Assembly (NCBI GenBank): GCA_035288105.1
Contig: DATEAY010000013.1
Location: 6,668 to 70,667 of the forward strand
Source: Candidatus Babeliales bacterium
GTDB taxonomy: Bacteria > Babelota > Babeliae > Babelales > Vermiphilaceae
DNA: 64,000 nucleotides
Reading direction: 5' to 3'
The first letter of the stretch is position 1; each line of letters begins with the position of its first letter. The notes below the pieces were generated by a model. It saw nothing but the letters and a program-made list of their open reading frames with translations. It did not search any database and was not told the DNA's origin. The position numbers were made by a program, and so were the translations under genes. Below are positions 58,337 through 64,000 of this stretch, one piece after another.

Positions 58337-58426
58337 CGCGCTCACCCTGAACCTGTTGAAGGGTCAAGCGTGCAGTGGAAAAATAAAAATCCCTTCAACT
58401 TTGAATAAGCTGAAGGGTTAGGGGGG
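58337..58426. repeat. palindromic dispersed element, copy 7b (degenerate right arm)
   Basis: CGCGCTCACCCTGAACCTGTTGAAGGGT (58337-58364) and CCCTTCAAC-TTTGAAT-AAGCTGAAGGGTTAGGGGGG (58391-58426). Confidence 0.65.
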
Positions 58427-58861
58427 TGAACAATACATTAAAGCATTGTTCAGTTAGGGACGTTTTTTATGTTTCTTTTAAATATTTGCCTAATGCTAAC
58501 AGTCGTCTAGTGCTTTGTCAAGTTGATGGTTAAGATGAGGCAAGACAAAATATAGCAACCTGGTATATACTGGAAAAGTACATGGAATTGGTCGGCTGAA
58601 AGGGAAAAGATGCAAATCGTACGAGATAAAATTACTCTTGATGAATTGAAAAAAATGTCAGATCGTAGAGGTTTATAAGCTAAAAATAAACATAAGGATC
58701 TTACATAATGCAAAAAATAACAAAAAATAATTTCTTAATCATTTTTCTGCCAATTCTTACAACATGTTATAGTACCTATTGAGAAATTAGAGCGAGACGT
58801 AAATAGAGACGGTCATAGAGAAAAAAGGTTTTTAATAATTTATGATGGTTTAATAGATTAA

Positions 58862-58896
58862 AACCCCCATGCCTTAAAAAGCGTGGGGTTTTTTGT
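58862..58896. terminator. bidirectional terminator downstream of the amino-acid ABC operon
   Basis: AAAACCCCCATGC-CTTAAAAA-GCGTGGGGTTTTTT. Confidence 0.6.
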
Positions 58897-58942
58897 GTTT
58901 ATCGATTAAAAACACTGTGCTTGACAATTGATCTAATGTTTA

Positions 58943-59659
58943 TTATTCATGTCCCGCGATGAATTTCTTAATTTTTGGAAAATTATCAGGATTGTTTCGT
59001 AAATTTTCTGATTGTGCAGTTTCTATAATTGCACCTTCACTCATCAAATAAATAGTGCAATTAAGTTTTTCAAGTAACCCAGTATCATGCGTTGCAACAA
59101 GAACAATGTAGCCATCAGTTGCTAATTGTTGAATATTGTTTGCAACGTATGAAGTCAGTACAGGATCAAGCGCTGATGTTGGTTCATCCAAGCAAATTAT
59201 TTTTGGCTCCATCGCAATTGCGCGTGCAATTGCAAGGCGTTGTTTTTGTCCGCCAGAAAGTTGCGATGCGTATTTATTGTTTTTATCCAATAAGCCATAG
59301 CGCTGTAATAAATGACGGGCTATTTTTGTTGCATCAGCAGAGCTTTTTTTTAGTACTTTTTCCAGTGGCAGTGTGATGTTTTGTTCCACCGTAAGATGAT
59401 CAAAAAGATTAAAGTGTTGAAACACCATGCCAACCGTATGTGTTGTGTTAATGGTAGCAAGGTTTAATGTTTTATCATCTAAAGAAATTGTTCCGCTGTT
59501 AACAGTTTCTAGGTTGTTTAAGATACGCAGCAGTGTTGATTTACCCACGCCGGATGAGCCCAAGAACAGAGCAATTTCACCTTTTTTTACCGTGAGATTA
59601 ATGTTGTTAAGAATTTTTTTTGTGTTAAAAGATTTATTGAGTTGATTAATCTTGAGCAT
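58943..59659 (-). CDS. polar amino acid ABC transporter ATP-binding protein
   Basis: GSSGVGKST, LSGGQKQRLAIARA, ICLDEPTSALD. GlnQ/ArtP-like size (238 aa). Confidence 0.9.
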   Translation of the reverse strand: MLKINQLNKSFNTKKILNNINLTVKKGEIALFLGSSGVGKSTLLRILNNLETVNSGTISLDDKTLNLATINTTHTVGMVFQHFNLFDHLTVEQNITLPLEKVLKKSSADATKIARHLLQRYGLLDKNNKYASQLSGGQKQRLAIARAIAMEPKIICLDEPTSALDPVLTSYVANNIQQLATDGYIVLVATHDTGLLEKLNCTIYLMSEGAIIETAQSENLRNNPDNFPKIKKFIAGHE

Positions 59660-60320
59660 GAATGTTCATCCTTTTTTCTAGGCGTGCAACAAGGAACGAG
59701 ACTGTTGAGGTGAGAATAAGATACAGAATTGCAACGGCAAAATAGACGGTAATTGCATCAAATGTTTTGCTCTTTACAAAATTAGCTTGCTTGGTTAGTT
59801 CTGATACACCAATGAGTGATGCAAGTGCAGAATCTTTTATTAAGGTAACAAATTCATTACCAAGAGCCGGCAACGTTGTGCGTAATGCTTGTGGTAATAC
59901 AATGTATCTAATTGTATCGGCTGTCGAAAAGCCAAGTACTTTTGCTGCTTCAACTTGACCAATACCAACCGATGATATTCCTGATCGTATTACTTGGCTG
60001 ATATATGCAGCACTGTTCAATCCTATTGCAATAATTGCTGTCCAAAAAGCAGGAATATGAATGCCAATTTGTGGCAATAAAAAGTAAGCGCACAAAATTT
60101 GAATAAGCATCGGAGTACCGCGAATAATTACCACATACACATTCACGAATAAACGTAACAATGTATTGTGGCTTGTTTGCATTAGTGCAAGTATGGTACC
60201 GAGTACAAGCCCAATGCAGCAGCCAGCAGCAGCAATTTGCAAGGTAACAACAAGCCCTTGTAGCAATACTGGCGCGTATTCAATAATAAGATTAAAATCT
60301 ATAATCATAAAAGATTCCAT
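59646..60320 (-). CDS. polar amino acid ABC transporter permease
   Basis: HisM/GlnP-type: ...IRGTPMLIQIL..., AAKVLGFS...IVLPQALR (EAA loop). 14-nt overlap with the ATPase gene. Confidence 0.9.
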   Translation of the reverse strand: MESFMIIDFNLIIEYAPVLLQGLVVTLQIAAAGCCIGLVLGTILALMQTSHNTLLRLFVNVYVVIIRGTPMLIQILCAYFLLPQIGIHIPAFWTAIIAIGLNSAAYISQVIRSGISSVGIGQVEAAKVLGFSTADTIRYIVLPQALRTTLPALGNEFVTLIKDSALASLIGVSELTKQANFVKSKTFDAITVYFAVAILYLILTSTVSFLVARLEKRMNIHAQD

Positions 60321-61111
60321 TTAGTTTTGATTGCCGCAAGTGTACCATCTTTTTCCACATCATTAAGAGTAACTTGAATATCTCTGCGTAGATCTGGATA
60401 ATGTTTGGATATTGCAAAAGCACTCGTTTCTTGCGTATTTGGAATTGGTATTACATTAAAATCATCAATGCTATATTTTTCAAAATAAGGCTTTATTGAG
60501 TGGGATGCGGTAACAAAAGCATCAGCTCTGCTACTCTGCAATGCTAGCATTCCATCACTCACCAATGGAGAAGAAAGACGAAGCAACTCTACCCCAGGTT
60601 GCTCAGACATGAATGAATCGGATAAGTATCCTTCGTTAACAACAACTGTTTTGCCTGCAAGGTCTTCAAGTTTGGTTAGTGCTTGTCCTTCCGAATCTAG
60701 GGAAGTCTTTTTAGAGCTGATAATTACAAGGGGATTACCAGTTAAGTGAGGATGAGTAAATAACGCCCGTTGAGCACGTTCTTCTGTTGGCGTTATTCCT
60801 GCTGCAATCACGTGGATATTACCGATCTGAATTTCGGGGATTAAGGCATCAAATGGCATATCTTTTAAGGTGATTTGTTTGCCAAGCCGCTTAAACACTT
60901 CTTGTATAACATCAATATCAAAGCCGACAATTTGATCATTATGTTTAAAGCTAAATGGCTGAAATTCAGCATTGGTACCAACAATAATAGTGTCGAGAGT
61001 TGGTTCAGGGGTAATTGTTTTTTCCGCTCTATACCAGATTACAGCTGAAATTGCTGCAATGAGTGCTATGACAATATATAATGATGTTTTTTTCATAGAA
61101 GTCTTTCTCAA
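60305..61111 (-). CDS. amino acid ABC transporter substrate-binding protein
   Basis: Signal/anchor, then IIVGTNAEFQPFSF...GFDIDV..., the family 3 SBP pattern. 16-nt overlap with the permease gene. Confidence 0.85.
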   Translation of the reverse strand: MRKTSMKKTSLYIVIALIAAISAVIWYRAEKTITPEPTLDTIIVGTNAEFQPFSFKHNDQIVGFDIDVIQEVFKRLGKQITLKDMPFDALIPEIQIGNIHVIAAGITPTEERAQRALFTHPHLTGNPLVIISSKKTSLDSEGQALTKLEDLAGKTVVVNEGYLSDSFMSEQPGVELLRLSSPLVSDGMLALQSSRADAFVTASHSIKPYFEKYSIDDFNVIPIPNTQETSAFAISKHYPDLRRDIQVTLNDVEKDGTLAAIKTKWNLL

Positions 61112-61293
61112 TTAAATACGCTTGATTGCTATTTTGAATAGTAATTCTTTTTTTGAATGAGGTCAAAAAAGCTTATGAAATAATATTCTCTATATAGTTA
61201 GAATAGAAGCTTTTCGTGTTGCTTCCGATGAATGAATTATGTACACTACTCCAAAATAATTTTACAACACAAAAAACAACTGGAAAAGTCGCA

Positions 61294-63753
61294 ATGACGC
61301 ACAAAAGAATAGCTATTTTGTTTTGTCTCTTTATCTCTTGTATTTCTTTTTCAAAACTCAAAGGAATGTTCAATCTACCTGAGCCAGTCATCGTCAACAC
61401 TCTAACTTCGACCATAAAAAATGATCCTTTTTTCTGGCTTATGATGTCTTACCCCAATTGTATTAAAATATTGGAAGGTGGCTATATTGAAATTAAAGGA
61501 CCTCTCTTAGAGCAAATAACGTTAAACCCTGAATTGTTTCCTAAGATATCTTCTGAGATAGCTCAGTCAGCTGCAAATGACATGAGCGGGGCCAATAGTA
61601 ATGCTGTTACGCTACCATCAGAATCAATTATATCTCAACCTACTAATCAACCCAATTCATCGCCCTCAACCGAACAGAGCTCAGGTTTCTATGGAGCAGT
61701 GCAAGGTCCTACGGGAACTTATGATTATGGTAATGTACCTCAATCCTCTGCTAGACAATACATGCATGGCACATCATGTTCTCCACATATACCTAATCTT
61801 TATTTTTATGATGCTCAGCAATTAGCGCGATATTTCTGGGAGCATGGCTATTCTGAAAAAAACATACTCAACTTGCGACGTCTTTATCTTTCCAATGAAT
61901 TTGTAAAGTTTGCAAAAACTATTCCTGGATATGAAGAGGCAATAGAACGCATATACAAGGACATCACAAGACATACTTGTGGACAAAGACTTGAGGCATG
62001 GTTTAGAGGTCAGCATGCGTGGAAATTGGAAAATCGCATAAGAAAATTATATAACGAAATTCAGATTGAGAAAAAAGTAAGAGAATTTGATCTACAGAAA
62101 CAAAGAAACCTTCAAATTCAGAAAGAACGCGAACTTCAACTCCAGAAACAAAGAGAGCTTGAGATTCAAAAACAAAAAGATCTTGAATTAGAAAGAGAAT
62201 TTGAGGAACTTCATCTTGAAGCACAAGAAGAACTTGCATCTTCTTCGGTATCTTCACAGTCCTCTGATAAAAAATCAAAACCTGTTGTTCAGAGTACTCG
62301 TATTGATGAACAAATACCTGGAAGGAAACCTCCCAGGAATATTACGTTACCAAAAGATTCTTTAAATATTTATGATACGTCTCTTCTTGCCCAACTCGAA
62401 GATGATTGGTTATCACGAAAAGATACTGCTTATAATTCGGCAAGATTAGAGGAACGTCTTGATGCTCTTAATAAAGTTCAAATGAGGCAAGGTTTAGAAC
62501 TTGACGAGCAGTTACTCAAAGAACTCACTGAATCGCGTTCTGTTATGCAAGAATTGGATCGTAATTTTGGTCATGATCATCACGTTCAAATATTATCACC
62601 ATTTGTACATCTTCGTGCGGATCAAGCTGCGAGAGAATCCAATCCAATTGTTGCTTTTGAACTATCTGATTTTTGTGATACGGCAACAAAGGTTCTTCTT
62701 CATAGTATGCATGTACTTTACGATGCTAGTTATGCGGTTGATGAAGGAATAATGAGTGGCATAAAGCACGCTCTAAGTATTGAGCATTGGAAAGATATGG
62801 CAATCGGTAGTGTGCAGATGGGATTGTCATGCGCTAAGGTTATGGTACTTGATGATCTAGAAAAATATTGCGCAGCTATTGCAGATCTGATACCAGGATC
62901 AGATGTAATGAGACAATTGGAAGAGCGGGATCGATTGCATACACAAGCTCAAGTAAAGGCAGCTTTTGAATTAATGTGCAAAACTCATGACAAGTTAGAC
63001 GCTATGACTTGGCAACAAATCATCGAAAATGGTACCGAAATAGGAACTACGATGATTTTGGATACATTAGCATTTCATGCTATTGGTGAGTTTGCGAGTA
63101 TAGCAAGTAATGCATTCATCAAAGAGTTGGCCAACGTGACTGAAAACGGTCAACTTTTTACGAAAGAATATGCTATTGAAGTTGCTGGTGTTGGCAAAAT
63201 GGCTATTCAAGAGGGCGCTGATGCCACCGCTACCATGTTTGAAAGCATGAATGAGGTGGGTGATCTTACAAAAAATATTTCAAAATCTGAGACTATTCCA
63301 AGTAACGCTCCTAAGACAGCTACAGTTTCGAAACAGTCTACTATTGCAAAACAGTCTGAAGTTTCTAAAATTGGCGAGATGAGTGCTGAAGAAGTGATGC
63401 CTTTAACCAATATTTGTGAAAAGGGTGCAGCCACACTTGAAAAAATTCGAAAAATGAAAGAACATGGATTTATTTTAAAATCAGGGGGAGATAATATTTG
63501 GGAATCTCCCACCAGTTTGTTTTATAAACCTGATAAGGAGTATGGTAATCGCATTAACCATGTATTAAGTCATTCAACAGCTAATTTGGCAAAAAAGAAG
63601 CATACAGTTTTTAATGTTCCTGAACATGAAATTTTGGCATTAATTGATGAGGCTTGGCTTATGAAAGGAGATCCGATCAAATCCGATTTAGGTGCGCATA
63701 TAGTTGATATGAAAAGAATTATCGGTCTAGATGGGGAATCGGGAGTAAAATAA
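61294..63753 (+). CDS. large secreted protein: signal peptide, Ser/Pro-rich linker, coiled-coil octad repeats, C-terminal toxin-like module
   Basis: The ATG at 61294 gives MTHKRIAILFCLFISCISFSKLKG. LQKQRNLQIQKERELQLQKQRELEIQKQKDLELEREFEE repeat. C-terminus ...GNRINHVLSHSTANLAKKKHTVFNV...LIDEAW...IVDMKRIIGLDGESGVK. No family assignment is possible by eye. Confidence 0.5.
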   Translation: MTHKRIAILFCLFISCISFSKLKGMFNLPEPVIVNTLTSTIKNDPFFWLMMSYPNCIKILEGGYIEIKGPLLEQITLNPELFPKISSEIAQSAANDMSGANSNAVTLPSESIISQPTNQPNSSPSTEQSSGFYGAVQGPTGTYDYGNVPQSSARQYMHGTSCSPHIPNLYFYDAQQLARYFWEHGYSEKNILNLRRLYLSNEFVKFAKTIPGYEEAIERIYKDITRHTCGQRLEAWFRGQHAWKLENRIRKLYNEIQIEKKVREFDLQKQRNLQIQKERELQLQKQRELEIQKQKDLELEREFEELHLEAQEELASSSVSSQSSDKKSKPVVQSTRIDEQIPGRKPPRNITLPKDSLNIYDTSLLAQLEDDWLSRKDTAYNSARLEERLDALNKVQMRQGLELDEQLLKELTESRSVMQELDRNFGHDHHVQILSPFVHLRADQAARESNPIVAFELSDFCDTATKVLLHSMHVLYDASYAVDEGIMSGIKHALSIEHWKDMAIGSVQMGLSCAKVMVLDDLEKYCAAIADLIPGSDVMRQLEERDRLHTQAQVKAAFELMCKTHDKLDAMTWQQIIENGTEIGTTMILDTLAFHAIGEFASIASNAFIKELANVTENGQLFTKEYAIEVAGVGKMAIQEGADATATMFESMNEVGDLTKNISKSETIPSNAPKTATVSKQSTIAKQSEVSKIGEMSAEEVMPLTNICEKGAATLEKIRKMKEHGFILKSGGDNIWESPTSLFYKPDKEYGNRINHVLSHSTANLAKKKHTVFNVPEHEILALIDEAWLMKGDPIKSDLGAHIVDMKRIIGLDGESGVK

Positions 63754-63826
63754 TAATAATACCAGGAACATCTGACATACTAACAGCTTATCCAATAAAA
63801 TTATAAATAATGAAAGGAAAAAGAAT

Positions 63827-64000
63827 ATGATATGTCCACGATGTGATGAACAAGGATTAATTTACAGAGCAAGGGTCGTTAATTTGGAAATTGAATTATA
63901 TATATGCGATGAATGCGATGCTTGTTGGACAAATAGAAATGTAATCAGTATTGAAAATTTTAAAGATCTGTCAACATTTCTTAAAGAGCACGGCTTAACG
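63827..64000 (+). CDS. small zinc-ribbon (CxxC...CxxC) protein; 3' end runs off the window
   Basis: My own translation: MICPRCDEQGLIYRARVVNLEIELYICDECDACWTNRNVISIENFKDLSTFLKEHGLT.... AGGAAA upstream. Starts 74 nt after the stop of the large protein, or 20 nt after the frameshift-extended stop. Confidence 0.4.
   Translation, partial: MICPRCDEQGLIYRARVVNLEIELYICDECDACWTNRNVISIENFKDLSTFLKEHGLT

Noticed and set aside
5749-58426. Palindromic repeats as a CRISPR array
   Set aside because: Copies are scattered over 53 kb in separate intergenic regions, occur as inverted pairs with irregular spacers, and no cas genes are present.
1-64000. tRNA, rRNA, tmRNA, RNase P or SRP RNA genes in the longer intergenic gaps (22221-22422, 25789-26371, 31362-31866, 58254-58942)
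   Set aside because: No T-loop (GGTTCGAATCC-like) or other conserved RNA cores were seen by eye. This is a limited manual scan, so absence is not proven.

Overview
AT-rich (roughly one-third GC by eye), densely packed bacterial chromosome segment from a diderm organism: it encodes secretins, MlaEF and an outer-membrane beta-barrel candidate. The gene content and the many signal-peptide proteins suggest a reduced, host-associated lineage such as Dependentiae/TM6, but that is a low-confidence guess made without any search. No rRNA, tRNA, CRISPR array, transposase or prophage was recognised. The housekeeping backbone is glyA, efp, nusB, ndk, rpsA, ldh, nusA-infB, pyrG, nfo, aspS, eno, dcd, mlaFE, secG, tpiA, uvrC and an amino-acid ABC transporter. 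Seven things stand out. (1) A translationally coupled five-gene operon (39195-47521, minus strand) carries TWO paralogous secretins, a GspC-like PDZ protein, a PilM/PilN(GspL)-like fusion and a PilO/GspM-like protein, with no ATPase, platform or pilin genes nearby. (2) A dispersed palindromic repeat family with about 28-33 nt arms occurs at 7 intergenic loci (8 copies). (3) An inverted, helically phased cluster of five DnaA-box-like 9-mers lies in the 580-bp udg/nusA intergenic region. (4) A glycan-modification cluster at the left edge encodes enzymes, including Ugd, that carry N-terminal signal/anchor peptides. (5) A large secreted coiled-coil protein has a toxin-like C-terminus, a possible -1 frameshift at an A-run, and a small CxxC ORF immediately downstream. 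(6) Decayed genes are present: a HEPN-MNT remnant, a gene interrupted by an in-frame TGA, and short gene stubs. (7) There are tandem duplicated double-length M16 peptidases and two secreted alpha/beta hydrolases. All functional calls rest on motifs read by eye in the supplied translations or in my own translations. No database search was possible.
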